Position numbers and translations under genes: made by a program. This document shows, one piece after another, positions 1 through 13,044 of a stretch of 64,000 bases of DNA. Under the pieces are notes generated by a model. It was given only the letters and a program-made list of their open reading frames with translations, did no database searches and was not told where the DNA came from. Origin of the DNA: Chiloscyllium plagiosum (Eukaryota); NCBI RefSeq assembly GCF_004010195.1, contig NC_057759.1:3661044-3725043 (forward strand). Reading direction: 5' to 3'. Position 1 is the first letter of the stretch. Every line of letters begins with the position of its first letter.

Positions 1-1075
1 TCTGTGTTGTGCGTATTTTGAACTGGTCCTCCTGGGAGCAGATGCGGCGGAGTCGAAGGAATTGGGGGAATGGGATGGCGTTTTTACAGGGGGCAGGGTG
101 GGAGGTGGTGTAGTCCAGGTAGCTGTGGGAGTCGGTAGGTTTGTAGTAGATGTCCGTGTTGATTCGGTCGCCTGAGATGGAAATAGAAAGGTCGAGGAAG
201 GGGAGGGAGGAATCTGAGACTGTCCAGGTGAATTTGAGGTTGGGGTGGAAGGTGTTGGTGAAGTGGATGAACTGTTCAACTTCCTTGTGGGAGCACGAGG
301 CGGCGCCGATACAGTCATCGATGTAGCGGAGGAAAAGGTGGGGGGTGGGGCCAGTGTAGTTGCGGAAGATGGACTGTTCCACATATCCTACGGAGAGGCA
401 GGCATAGCTGGGGCCCATGCGGGTGCCCATGGCTACTCCTTTGGTTTGGAGAAAGTGGGAGGATTGGAAAGAGAGGTTATTCAGGGTGAGGACCAGTTCA
501 GTCAGTCGAAGGAGGGTGTCAGTGGAAGGGTACTGGTTGGTACGGCGGGAAAGGAAGAAGCGGAGGGCTTTGAGTCCTTCCTGATGGGGGATGGAGGTGT
601 ACAGTGTCCGTGGTGAAGATAAGTTGTTGGGGACCGGGGAACGAAAATCATGGAGGAGGTGGAGGGTGTGGGTGGTGTCCCGAATGTAGGTGGGGAGTTC
701 TTGGACTAAGGGGGACAGGACCGCGTTGAGGTATGCAGAAATGAGTTCGGTGGGGCAGGAGCAGGCTGAGACAATTGGTCGGCCGGAGCAGCCAGGTTTG
801 TGGATTTTGGGCAGGAGGTAGAAACGTGCGGTGCGGGGTTGTGGGACGGTAGATGGGAGATCCCCTGAGGTGATGAGGTTATGGATGGTCTGGTAGATGA
901 TGGTTTGGTGTTGGCAGATGGGGTCATGGTCAAGGGAGCAGTAGGAGAAGGTGTCCGTGAACTGGCATTTAGCCTCAGTGGTGTAAAGGTCTGTGCACCA
1001 AACTACTACCGCGCCTCCCTTGTCTGCCAGTTTGACAGAGGGAGTGGAGGGCTGCACGTTCCGAGAGTGAGATGT
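1..1075 (-). mobile_element. Penelope-like element (PLE) reverse transcriptase fragment, degenerate, inverted relative to the copy at 1085-2960
   Basis: Reverse complement matches the + strand copy (GVAMGTRMGPSYACL-type RT motif, FYLLPKIHKP..GRPIVS) and continues toward coordinate 1; frames broken. Confidence 0.85.
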
Positions 1076-1084
1076 TGGAGTGAA

Positions 1085-2960
1085 CCTCTCACCCTCAGAA
1101 CGTGCAGCCCTCCACTCCCTCCGTTCCAACCCCAACCTCACTATCAAACCAGCAGACAAGGGAGGCGCGGTAGTAGTTTGGCGCACCAACCATTACACCG
1201 CTGAGGCTAAACGCCAGCTCGCAGACACCTCCTCTGACTGCCCCCTTGACCATGACCCCACCTCCCACCACCAAACCATCATCTCCCAAACCATCCATAA
1301 CCTCATCATCTCAGGGGATCTCCCATCCACCGCCTCCAGCCTCTTAGTCCCACAACCCCGCATCGCCAGTTTCTACCTCCTGCCCAAAATCCACAAACCT
1401 GACTGCCACGGCCGACCCATTGTCTCAGCCTGCTCCTGCCCCACCGAACTCATCTCTGCATACTCCAACGCAGTCCTGTCCCCCTTAATCCAAGAACTCC
1501 ACACCTACATTCGGGATACCACCCACACCCTCCACCTCCTCCATGATTTCCGATTCCCCGGTCCACGACACCTTACCTTCACCATGGACATCTAGCCCCT
1601 GTACACCTCCATCCCCCATCAGGAAGGACTCAAAGCCCTCCGCTTCTTCCTTTCCCGCCGTACCAACCAGTACCCTTCCACTGACACCCTCCTTCGACTG
1701 ACTGAACTGGTCCTCACCCTGAACAACTTCTCTTTCCAATCCTCCCACTTCCTCCAAACCAAAGGAGTAGCCATGGACCCCAGCTATGCCTGCCTCTTCG
1801 TAACCCTCCTTCGACTGACTGAACTGGCCCTCACTCTGAACAACTTCTCTTTCCAATCCTCCCACTTCCTCCAAACCAAAGGAGTAGCCATGGACCCCAG
1901 CTATGCCTGCCTCTTCGTAACCCTCCTTCGACTGACTGAACTGGCCCTCACTCTGAACAACTTCTCTTTCCAATCCTCCCACTTCCTCCAAACCAAAGGA
2001 GTAGCCATGGGCACCCACATGGGCCCCAGCTATGCCTGCCTCTTCGTAACCCTCCTTCGACTGACTGAACTGGCCCTCACCCTGAACAACTTCTCTTTCC
2101 AATCCTCCCACTTCCTCCAAACCAAAGGAGTAGCCATGGGCACCCACATGGGCCCCAGCTATGCCTGCCTCTTCGTAACCCTCCTTCGACTGACTGAACT
2201 GGCCCTCACCCTGAACAACTTCTCTTTCCAATCCTCCCACTTCCTCCAAACCAAAGGAGTAGCCATGGGCACCCACATGGGCCCCAGCTATGCCTGCCTC
2301 TTCGTAACCCTCCTTCGACTGACTGAACTGGCCCTCACCCTGAACAACTTCTCTTTCCAATCCTCCCACTTCCTCCAAACCAAAGGAGTAGCCATGGGCA
2401 CCCACATGGGCCCCAGCTATGCCTGCCTCTTCGTAACCCTCCTTCGACTGACTGAACTGGCCCTCACCCTGAACAACTTCTCTTTCCAATCCTCCCACTT
2501 CCTCCAAACCAAAGGAGTAGCCATGGGCACCCACATGGGCCCCAGCTATGCCTGCCTCTTCGTAACCCTCCTTCGACTGACTGAACTGGCCCTCACCCTG
2601 AACAACTTCTCTTTCCAATCCTCCCACTTCCTCCAAACCAAAGGAGTAGCCATGGGCACCCACATGGGCCCCAGCTATGCCTGCCTCTTCGTAACCCTCC
2701 TTCGACTGACTGAACTGGCCCTCACCCTGAACAACTTCTCTTTCCAATCCTCCCACTTCCTCCAAACCAAAGGAGGACCTCCTTCCACCTATGGCATTTC
2801 CAACACCCCTCCCCCAAGTCCCTCCTCCCTACCTTTTATCTTAGCCTGCTGGACACACTTTCCTCATTCCTGAAGAAGGGCTCATCCCCGAAACGTCGAT
2901 TCTCCTGCTCCTTGGATGCTGCCTGACCTGCTGCACTTTTCCAGCAACACATTTTCAGCT
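1085..2960 (+). mobile_element. Penelope-like element, internally deleted: RT N-half, tandem array, then 3' terminal segment
   Basis: ORF 1080-1595 has IKPADKGGAVVVW and FYLLPKIHKP..GRPIVS motifs typical of PLE RT; TAG at 1593-1595; 3' end cctgaagaagggctcatccccgaaacgtcg...ccagcaacacattttcagct matches the copy at ~12040-12140. Confidence 0.85.
1686..2774 (+). repeat. Tandem array of a PLE RT segment: 2 x 117 bp + 6 x 129 bp + 1 partial copy
   Basis: Unit starts (accctccttcgactg) at 1686,1803,1920,2049,2178,2307,2436,2565,2694; near-identical; long unit encodes TLLRLTELALTLNNFSFQSSHFLQTKGVAMGTHMGPSYACLFV. Confidence 0.95.
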
Positions 2961-3689
2961 ACTTTTCAAAGAAGCTCAACATCACCAGTTAAATTAATCT
3001 ATCATGTAAAACGAATTATTGAGTTTGATACTATTCCTCAAACATTGTAATGTTTATGTGATGTACAATGTGTCATAGACAGTTGCGAACATAAATCAGA
3101 ATCCTCTTACATTCTTGGATCGATTTAAATCAAGAATAGGTGACTATTTCTTTGAATTCTTATGTTACAGAATTTTAGGTTACAAATTGTACGTGTTGCG
3201 GTTCGTAAATAAATGATAGAGATGCATTTTCTTGTACTTAACGAAAAATTGTACAGAAAAAGATAGAACAGATATCAGTCTTATATATTTATATATGTAT
3301 GTGTGTGTTAACAAAATATATGCAGAAATTAACATTAATTTAGATTAATGTCCCATGTATTTAATTGTTAAGCGATTAAGAATTAAAAAAAAGAAGCCCG
3401 GTTTTCTTTGTGATGATTAATTTTTTTCTTATGCAGGGCGGTGTTATGAAGCGTGTACTATACATTTAAGAGAGAGTGAATGCTGAGAGGTTACAAGCAC
3501 CTGTCAGATCACTAGCTAGCAGTCTCAGAGCGTACTATAAATTTAAAATATATAACATTTGCTTGTAAAATACATACCTGAGTTGATTGCAGTTTTGACC
3601 ACAATTCGAATTTTTATTGGAACAGTATAATGTTGGGGAGTTGGAGCCATGTAATGTGCCATTAAGAGAAAGGAAGCTTAGTAAACACT

Positions 3690-4430
3690 TGGTAGAGAGT
3701 CTTGAGAAGATTTGTAGCTGAGGTTGAGATTATGAACGTAGGTTTACTCGCTGTGCTGTAAGGTTCATTTCCAGATGTTTCGTTACCCTACTAGTTAACA
3801 TCTTCAATGGGCCTCAGGAGAGGCAATGCTGAGAATTCCTGCTTTCTATTTTTTGGGGGGGTTTCTTTGGGTTGGTGATGTCATTTCCTGTGGTGATGTT
3901 ATTTCCTGTGGTGAAGTCACTTCCTGGTCCTTTTCACAGGGGGTGGTAGATGGGGTCTAACTAGATGTCTTTGTTGATAGGGTTCTAGTTGGAATTCCAT
4001 GCTTTTAGGAATTCTCGTGCGTGTCTTTGTTTGGTTTGTCCTCGGACGGATGTGTTGTTCCAGTGAAACTGGTGTCCTTCCTCATCCATATGTGAGGATA
4101 CTAGTGAGAGATGGTCATGTCTTTTTGTGGCTAGTTGGTGTTCATGTATCCTGGTGGCTACTTTTCTGCCTGTTTGTCCAATGTAGTGTTTGTTGCAGTC
4201 CTTGCAAGTTAATTTGTAAATGACTTTAGTTTTGATTGTTGTCAATATAGGGTCTTTCAAGTTCATTACCTGCTGTTTTAGTGTGTTGGTTGGTTTGTGG
4301 GCTGCCATGATGCCAAGAGGTCTGAGTAGCCTAGCAGTCATTTCCGAGATGTCTTTGATGTAGGGAGAGTGGCTAGGATTTGTGGACTTGTTGTGTCTGT
4401 TTCTTTGGGTTTGTTGCTCAGAAACAAGAC
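3690..4430 (-). mobile_element. Penelope-like element 3' fragment with GIY-YIG endonuclease (second PLE family)
   Basis: ORF 3985-4341: VIYKLTCKDCNKHYIGQTGRKVATRIHEH...AREFLKAW. Confidence 0.85.
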
Positions 4431-4674
4431 AGCTTGTGGAGTATTATTAATAGAGAAACAAATGTATGGAGGTACATATTTCCTTAAAGGGGTGTCACAC
4501 GTAGTTAGGACGGTGAAGAAGTAGTTTGGCATACTTGCCTTCATCCATCAGTGTATTGAGTACAGGTATTTGAATGTCATCTTACGGCTCTGCAAGGCAA
4601 TGATAATGCTACATTTGTAGTAATGCATATAATTCTTTTTCACATGCACCATGTGAATAATATTGCCTCTATCA

Positions 4675-5270
4675 TAAGCACAGATGTTCGTCGATGATTG
4701 CACGATGTCTAGCACTATTCGCACATCCTCAGACGCTGAAGCAGTTTTTATCCAAACGTAATAAAAACTGGAGAATATCAAGGCTTGAACTGACAAATGG
4801 TAAGAACCATTCACGACGTAAAGATGCCAGGCTTGGTCATCACCAGTACCAGACAATGTAAACACCACCCCTTGAAATTCCAGGGATTTTTCATCACTGA
4901 ATCCCCCACTATCAACATCCTCGGGGTTATCATTGAACAGAAACTGAACTGGAATCCACAGAAGCTCAGTGGTTTCAATAGTAGATCAGAGGGGACGAAT
5001 ACTGTGGTCAGGAACTCACCTACTGAATCCCCAAAATCTGTCCAACATCTGCACGTTAAAGTCAGGAGAGTGTTGGAATGACCCAACAGCACACAAGAAA
5101 GTTGACACCATCCCGGGACAGAGCTGCCCTCATGATTGACACCACAGCTACAAAAATACATTCCATTCACCACTGAATCTCGGTGGCCGCAGTGTCTCAT
5201 ATCAACAAGACACACTGCAGAAATTCACCAAAGATCCTCAGACACCATCTTCTAAACCCACCACCATGAC
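4675..5270 (+). mobile_element. L2/CR1-clade LINE 3' fragment
   Basis: Degenerate F(A/V)DD motif and ESPTINILGVII..KLNW; homologous to 62930-63400. Confidence 0.6.
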
Positions 5271-6649
5271 CATTATTGTAAAGCAATAAGGGGCATAGAT
5301 GACATAGCTAACTGAGGTCTTTTCCCCAATGTACAGGAATCTAAAATTGTAGTGCACAGGTTGAAGCTGAGGGTGAAAATGATTTAAGAGGGACACCAGG
5401 GACAACCTTTTCAAACAGACGGTGGTGTATACATAGAATAAGCTTCCAGATGAAGAGGTAGAGGCGAGTATAATTTAATATATTTAGAAGACATAGAAGG
5501 TATGTGGTTTGGGAAGTTTTGGAGTATGGACCAAAGGCAGTCCTGTGGGATTTGTTCAGCTTAGGAAACTTGGTTGCCATGGACGAGTTGGGATGATTTT
5601 TTTATCCAAAACTGTATGACTGTAAGTCTCTATGAGTCGAAAAGTGTAGTTCTGGAAAAGCACAGCAGGTCAGAGAGCATCCAAGGAGCATAATGACTTA
5701 TAAAACAACGTATGTGGATTTTCCTCTCTTCGGATGCAGCCTGACCGTATGTGCTTTTCCTGAATCACACTGCTCGACTTTGATCGCCAGAATCTGCTCT
5801 CCTCACTTTCTCCTGTATGACTCTAAGACACTATTACTTCTGTTTGGTGACAAATTCTTCACATCCCTCAATTCATTTACAGGTCATAAATCCTCTTTAA
5901 ACGTTTTCAATAATCTAGTTTATCTCACGAGCTTGAGTATTCATGATATTTATTACCTTCTGTGAGAAGAGAACACTGCACCCAACTCTGCACCATGCCC
6001 TTTTGACAGGAACAAAGGAGGTGAACACGTGGGCTCAATTAAGAGTGACTGGTGATGACATCAAGGCAAAATTTGATTGAGGATGCCATCAAGAGGCCAC
6101 AGGGTGAAGTGATGTAAAACACGAAGGAAGATGCTTGTGGTTAGTGACCATCAATTATCTCTGCAGAATATCCTCAGGGTAGCTTCCTCAGCACAAACAC
6201 ATTTAGTGGCTTTTGCTATTCTGAAATCAAAAGCGGAGATGTTCTTTAAAGTTCACGCAACGATCAGAACAATTTGTGACCTCTCAGCTCCTGAAATAGT
6301 CTGTGTCCATGTGCAACAAGACAACATTCACTTTATGTTTTTAAAGAGTAAGTAGCATGCATGTAACAGCCCTGCTCGACATTGCTCATTTCTGCATTGT
6401 GAAAAGGAGCTAATTCAACACCTCAAGCCGGTTTCACAGGAATGTGGGGAAGTCATTAATCCCATCGAAAGTATTGGAGAAGAAGTGCTATAGCCCATTT
6501 AGTCCGATTGTTGTACAACGCAGTAAGAGACGAAGTCTCGTCTTCTAGGAGAGAGCCCAATCAGGCCGTTCAACCTGGTCTTTGGTAACCGGCGTCTTGT
6601 AGCTAGATGACGTTCCTGAATGCGGATTGCTAGTTGTATGCCTGTTTGT

Positions 6650-7060
6650 CACGCTACCTTACAAAGCTTAGAACTGACAGACAGACTCCACCGACCACTG
6701 GGATTCATGACAGCCCTTAAACCTGCAGCTACACTCAGATAGCAACTCACCAGAATGAAGGATTCTGTACTCAGCATGTGAAAGACAAACATAATTTTCA
6801 AAATTCAATTCAAAAACTGTACGAAATCCTTTATAGGACAAACAGGCAGACAGCTACCAATCTGCAACAACAAACTCCAGCATGCCACTAAATGCGACAA
6901 CCAGTGTCCCTAGTAGCCATACACACACAGATGAGAGAAACCACAAGTTCGATTGGGTTACACAGCAATCATTGTACGAGCTAAATGAAAGACAGTCAGA
7001 TAATTCCTTGAAGCAAGATACTCGGCCACAAACTCTATCAACAAGCACATTGACCTTGAA
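6650..7060 (+). mobile_element. Degenerate PLE GIY-YIG fragment
   Basis: Similar to 3985-4341 (RPLGFMTA..KP, IGQTGR, HKFDW). Confidence 0.65.
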
Positions 7061-8293
7061 AAATTCTGGACACTCATCGTTCTCTGGGTGATTTATTTTC
7101 CCTAAAATTCCTAATAAACTTACGCACCTCTACCACGGACCCCTCAGCCTTCTCTGCTTCAAAACAAAAACAAACGCAGTTATCCAGCCCTCTTCATCAA
7201 TGAATGCTCTCTCCCAGGCAATATCTTGGTGAATCTCTTCTGTACCCCTTCCACTGCAATAACATCCTTCTTATAGTGTGGAGACTGAAAATGCACACAG
7301 TGCTCCAGCTGTGGCCTCACCAAAGTCCTGGTCCTCGCTCATATAAACTACACCTTGACTGATAATGGCATGCATCCTGTATGCCTTCTTAGAGACCCAA
7401 TTAAGCAGTCCTACTACCTTTGGAGATCTGTGGACTAGATCCCCAAGATCCATCTGTTCCTTTGAGTTTCCTACTGTCCTGACATTCGTTTCAGTGCTCC
7501 TTGTCTTGTTCTTTCAGCCAAAGGGCATCACCTCCCATTTATCAGAGTTCATATCCTTCTGCCACTGATTTCACTATCTGACCTATCCTCCTGTCACCAA
7601 ACACATTCTTCGTCATTTCCAACCACCCAGTCAGTCTTCCTGTCGTCCATAAAAGTTACATTGATACCATCATATCATATCATTCACATATCATCCACGA
7701 GTTAGTCCATTGTTGAAACTAGCCTTCCATCCATTGACTCTGTTTATACTCCCTGGCTCGGCAAATCAGTCTTAAGGCTTAACATCAATCTAGGTTTGTT
7801 CAATAGATCGTTTCAATTGCATGGCACTGTGAATTGTTTTATTAGTTCTGAGCCTGATGGTCCAGTTCCACAGCTACCTGATGAAAGAGCAGTTCACCGA
7901 AAGTTACTAATTCCAAATAAACCTGTTGGATTATAACCCGGTGTTGTTTACTTTAGGTGGTGTGATAAGTCTGGATGCGTGCAAAACAAAACTTTTAACT
8001 TTATCTCGGTACATGACAATAACATATCAAATCAAATATCACCCCTCACATGATTTATGAATATCATAATCCAGTCATTCAACTAAATGTGATGGAAGGA
8101 CATTTCAGAATGGGCGACTCGCTCTTTTGATCTATGAAGCTCAGGAAGGTTCTCCTGTATCAAAAATTGCTGATGGCTGGGGTCATTATGTCAAGGCATC
8201 CTCGAACTAGACCGTTTGCATCTCGCTGTCAGACAGTGTGATTTCACGGCAGTTCCTTGGATATGTGCTGCGGGCAGAGGCGAATTTTAAAAA

Positions 8294-8348
8294 CTCACTT
8301 TTTCACTTGTCGTTCGAAATGTGGAGGGTGCGTGATTTCGGTTTCACT
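8294..8348. promoter_or_regulatory. Candidate ISRE/IRF-element cluster
   Basis: TTTCGGTTTCACT at 8336-8348 (reverse AGTGAAACCGAAA, fits GAAANNGAAA) and CACTTTTTCACTT nearby, in TE-poor sequence that retains CpG. Confidence 0.35.
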
Positions 8349-9934
8349 TGTTCCAAACCTCTGCGATATTGTTCAGCAGCTTTCCACGGACATTTGTGTA
8401 CATGAAATCGATCAGGCTGGAGATTTCGATTTATAACCAGGGACAAGCGGCTGAATGATCCACAGTGATGAGATTATAAACAGGAACTGTACCAGTGATA
8501 GTGGCTGGCATTGATCACAAGTTTCTAGAGGACTGAACAATAATTCTGGGTGCCCTTGACAGCAGGGAGTAACTTTAAGATTTGTCATTTTAAAGGGTAG
8601 TGCTGGTGGATAGATATACGCAAACCTGTTCGCATAACACATCTCCTTGCAAACTGTGCTACATTTGTGGCCGTTAGGTTAGGGGAAAGTCATCTTAGCC
8701 CTAGATGACCATCAGGCTGCTCTCATTAGAGAGAGATGACTGGTGGGGTTTAACCTCATGGTCTCCATGCCTCAGGTAGCTGGAGAAGTTCAAGGAGGTT
8801 CGACACTTATGGTAACCTCAGTTGGTGTGGGGACTAGTTCGCTCAGTGATTGAGATGGCTTGTTTTGATACAGAGTGACACCAAACAGTACATGGTTTGT
8901 TGAAGTCATTGAAACAATAAAGTTGTTGCACAGACAGAAACGCATAATTTTGTGGCATGGTTCTGTGCGTTAAAACAGATTACTCTTGAATATGCACCAG
9001 TTTGTAACTGAATATTAGTAATTTTTTATCACTGTTCTTTCTTTCCAAGTAACAACGCTCGATGAATAGTGGAGTTTTTTTGGATGTTGTACCAGCTTCT
9101 GCTAGGGGTTACGAGAGGCAACCTTTTACTTGCATTCAGCAAAACAAGCACATGTTCTTTGTCGATAAAACGTGGAGCAGGAAAGGCACAGAGGAGCAGG
9201 AAAGTTGTCGTTTCGGGTCAGAACCGTTCATCGGGATCATGTGGCTGTAAGTAACAGGAATGTTTCGGGATGTGGTCGAAGAGTTTTTGGACGGAAGAGA
9301 TAACCAGGGGTTTGTAATAAGAGAGACCTACTGAGATCATTTCTGAGGGAGGAGGAAATCCTTGGAAGAGTAAGAACTGCAGATACTAGGCGTCGGACTC
9401 GATAAAACGTGGAGCTGGAAAAGCACTGCAGGTCAGACAGTATTGAAGCAGCAGGAAAGTCGATGCTTCTGGTCAGGACTCTTCATCAGGGGATTGTTTT
9501 GTATTCACTTGTGAGACATAGGAAACCCTGGTTGGCCAGCAGTTAGTGTCCATCCCAAACTGTCCTTTAATAAGGGTTGGTCTGCTTGCAAGGCCATTTC
9601 AGAGGACACTTGAGAGGTGACCACTGACCTGGATGTCACATACAGTAATTAGGTAAGAGGAGCACATTTCCTTCCATAAAGTCTATCGTGAACCATTAGG
9701 ATTATTACAAGAGCTGAATGTTTAAACAGTCATCATTAAATAAAGGTGTTAATTCCAGATTTTGCCCGAAACGTTGATTTTCCTTCTCCTCGGATACTGC
9801 CTGCCCTGCTGTACTTTTCCAGTACCACTCTAATCTTGACCCTAATCTCCAGCATCTGCAGTACCTACTTCTGCCATGGATAAGTGATTAGCACTGGGCC
9901 CAACATGAGGATCCCCTGGGATTTTATTACTTCG

Positions 9935-10330
9935 AGTTTAGAAGGTTGAAAGGAGATCGAATAGAAACATACAAGATAATGCATGGCTTAGAAATGGTGG
10001 ACTGTGGGAAGTTGTATCGGTTAGGTAGGGAGACTAGGACCCATGGGCACAGCTTTAGACTTAGAGTAGGTCAATTTAGGACGGAAATGAGGAGCTATTT
10101 CTTCAACCAGAGAGTAGTGGGCCTGCAGAATTCATTGCCACGGAGTGCAGTAGAGGTTGGGAGGTTAAATGCCTTTAAGGCAGAGATCAATAAAATCTTG
10201 ACCTCACAAAGAATTAAGGGCTATGGGGAGAGTGCGGGTAAGTGGAGGTGAAATGCCCACCAGCCGGCGGAGTGCACTCGATGGGCAGAATAACCGTACT
10301 TCCACTCCTATGTCTAATGGTCTTATTATG
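9935..10330 (+). mobile_element. CR1 LINE 3' fragment
   Basis: ORF 9946-10251 KGDRIETYKIMHG...RTHGH...FFNQRVV..QNSLP, typical CR1 ORF2 C-terminus. Confidence 0.8.
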
Positions 10331-12321
10331 AAGGCCTGCGTGCCAAAAGCCTTCTTCACTGCTCTGTCCACTTGTCACTCCAGCTTCAGAGAACCTTTGC
10401 CTTATCTCCAAATTCTCTCTTTTCCACTCGACTTCTTGAATGGTGAGCTGGGAGGATGTGAAATGGCAGATGTTACATCTTCTGTGATGCTGTCCGACTC
10501 GCTTTGATCTCCATTATTGGTTGTTTTCAGTACAGATTCCAGCAACTGCAGTAACTTTCTCCTAAAATATTTATCATGCTTGGAGATCCACACAACAGAA
10601 AGAAGTCATGGTTTCCAGACTCATCATGAATTTATACCCAGTTCACTCACTCCATTTGCCATCTCTCCCAAAATCACAATTCGGCAAGATTTTTCCTTCA
10701 CGTTAAACACACCTTTGCCAAATACAAACATAAAGCAAAGAGTCAATCCTTGTGGAGTTGGAAAGTGGATGCAGAGCGTGCTTTGGAGAAACCAGTAGGA
10801 CACCTTTCCTTCTCTGTTTCCCTTCCTCACTTCACAACACCCAGAGCAGGCAGAACACAAAGCTGCTTTCCTAGACCTGAAAAAGGAGGAAACAACGTTG
10901 TTAGCTAAGTGGGTACAAATTTAATGCATAAACAGTATCACATAAGCTTATTTCACAAAGGGACATAGGTTTTTAATCAGACAATTGAAAATAAATTTAT
11001 TAAACAATTGAACAGAAACTTCTTACACTAATGAAATAAAGTGGGCCCATAAAAACATTTTTATGTATTAAAACTCTCCTTACACAATTTAAAGTAAATT
11101 TCAGATGCCAACTAACTTGAGTGTCTTCCCCCTCATTGTATTAAACATTTGAAAAGAAGTTTACAGCGCACTTTATGAGGAGGTGTGTTTTGCACTCAGC
11201 AAAGGAGCGGCCACAACAGGACCTCCACAACAGGGCATGATGGTGAGGGAGGGTTGTGAGCGAAGGAGCTGTGCAATCCAAACGGACCTCCAAGGCATGG
11301 GCTGATAATGAGGAGGCCACTGCGGAAACAATGGGACAGTCAAACAGACCTCTGCAACAGATGGCAATGGTGAGAGAGGACAGTGAACAAAGGAGCTGGA
11401 CCTCCACAAATGGGGATGTTGATAAGGGCAAGCGTCGAGCGCGGCAATATTGTATTCCAGCTTGTGCTCCACAATAGGGTGCGATGGTGAAGAGGACACT
11501 GATTGTTGGAGCTGGATATCAACAGCACGGGGCAGTGTTGAGGGAGGGCAATGATGTAGGGAGCTAAAATCAACAACATGGAACAACACTGAGAGGTAGA
11601 ACTTGACCAGGGAATATGAAAGGGCAGGCGTCTCTCCATTTAGTTTCAATGTATAGCATGCCACGATCCAATGCAAATTTGTACAAAAGAAAAATTAGCA
11701 TTTCTCACTTCCACTGTCTGATTTCCCATTGACAATGCTGAAAATGCAGGTTTCCAATGGTACAGAGATTGTGCAAGATCCGTGTTGGTTCCAATTGTTT
11801 TACAATTCAATGTAAAAAGTGAAGTCACCATAGTGTTAGTGGACGAGAGCAACTGTTCCCTCATTACAGACAGAGAGAGATGACTGGCTAGTGGTTCAAT
11901 TTGAGCGTTACCATGCCTCAGTCGAGGGAAGAGGTTGAGATGGACAGCCTTTCACAGTAACGTCAATTGACGCAGGCATTGAACCGACTCTATTGGCATC
12001 ACACCGCTGGAGAAAGTGAGGACTGCAGATGCTGGAGATCAGAGCTGAAAATGTGTTGCTGAAAAAGCGCAGCAGGTCAGGCAGCATCCAAGGAGCAGGA
12101 GAATCGACGTTTCGAGCATGAGTCCTTCTTCAGGAATGAGGAAAGTGTGTCCAGCAGGCTAAGATAAAAGGTAGGGAGGAGGGACTTGTGGGAGGGGCGT
12201 TGGAAATGCGATAGGTGGAAGGAGGTCAAGGTGAGGGTGATAGGCCGGAGTGGTGGTGGGGGCAGAGAAGTCAGGAAGAAGATTGCAGATTAGGAAGGCG
12301 GTGCTGAGTTCGAGGGATTTT

Positions 12322-12479
12322 AGATTAGATTAGATTACAGTGTGGAAACAGGCCCTTCGGCCCACAAGTCCACACCGACCCGCCGAAGCGAAACCCACCC
12401 ATACCCCTACATTTACCCCTTACCTAACACTACAGACAATTTAGTATGGCCAATTCACCTGACCCTGCACATCTTTGGA
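12322..12479 (-). mobile_element. HE1-like V-SINE 3' part, running into the gap
   Basis: (TTAGA)n tail plus gtggaaacaggcccttcggccc..., near identical to 45637-45800. Confidence 0.8.
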
Positions 12480-12735
12480 NNNNNNNNNNNNNNNNNNNNN
12501 NNNNNNNNNNNNNNNNNNNNNNNNNNNNNNNNNNNNNNNNNNNNNNNNNNNNNNNNNNNNNNNNNNNNNNNNNNNNNNNNNNNNNNNNNNNNNNNNNNNN
12601 NNNNNNNNNNNNNNNNNNNNNNNNNNNNNNNNNNNNNNNNNNNNNNNNNNNNNNNNNNNNNNNNNNNNNNNNNNNNNNNNNNNNNNNNNNNNNNNNNNNN
12701 NNNNNNNNNNNNNNNNNNNNNNNNNNNNNNNNNNN
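12480..12735. other. Assembly gap (N run)
   Basis: Run of N. Confidence 1.
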
Positions 12736-13044
12736 ATTTGACTGAGACAAGGTGGGGGGAGGGAAAATGAGGACATTGGAGAAATCTGAGTTCATCCCTT
12801 GTGGTTGGATGGTTCCTAGGCAGAAGATGAGGCGCTCTTCTTCCAACCATCGTGTTGCTATGGTCTGGCGATGGAGGAGTCCAAGGACCTGCATGTCCTC
12901 GGTGGAGTGGGAGAGGGAGTTGAAGTTTTGAGCCACGGGGTGGTTGGGTTGGTTGGTCCGGGTGTCCCAGAGCATCATGGAGCGGGCATCCCAGAGCGGG
13001 CATCACACCGCTGTCCTGCTGATTGAATAAGTGCATTGAGCTAC

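Larger units (their letters stand above)
12010..12998 (-). mobile_element. 5'-truncated PLE insertion with 15-bp target-site duplication, nested SINE and gap
   Basis: GGCATCACACCGCTG at 11995-12009 and 12999-13013; PVAQNFNS..H...LEEERLIFCLGTIQPQGMN GIY-YIG C-terminus. Confidence 0.85.

Noticed and set aside
1485..2873. 426-aa and 366-aa repeat-protein ORFs / CRISPR-like array
   Set aside because: By-products of the in-frame PLE tandem array; units are contiguous with no unique spacers
10402..10593. Protein-like minus-strand ORF (ESVLKTTNNGDQ...)
   Set aside because: Overlaps the common actgcag.tgctggaatct repeat terminus seen many times in the window
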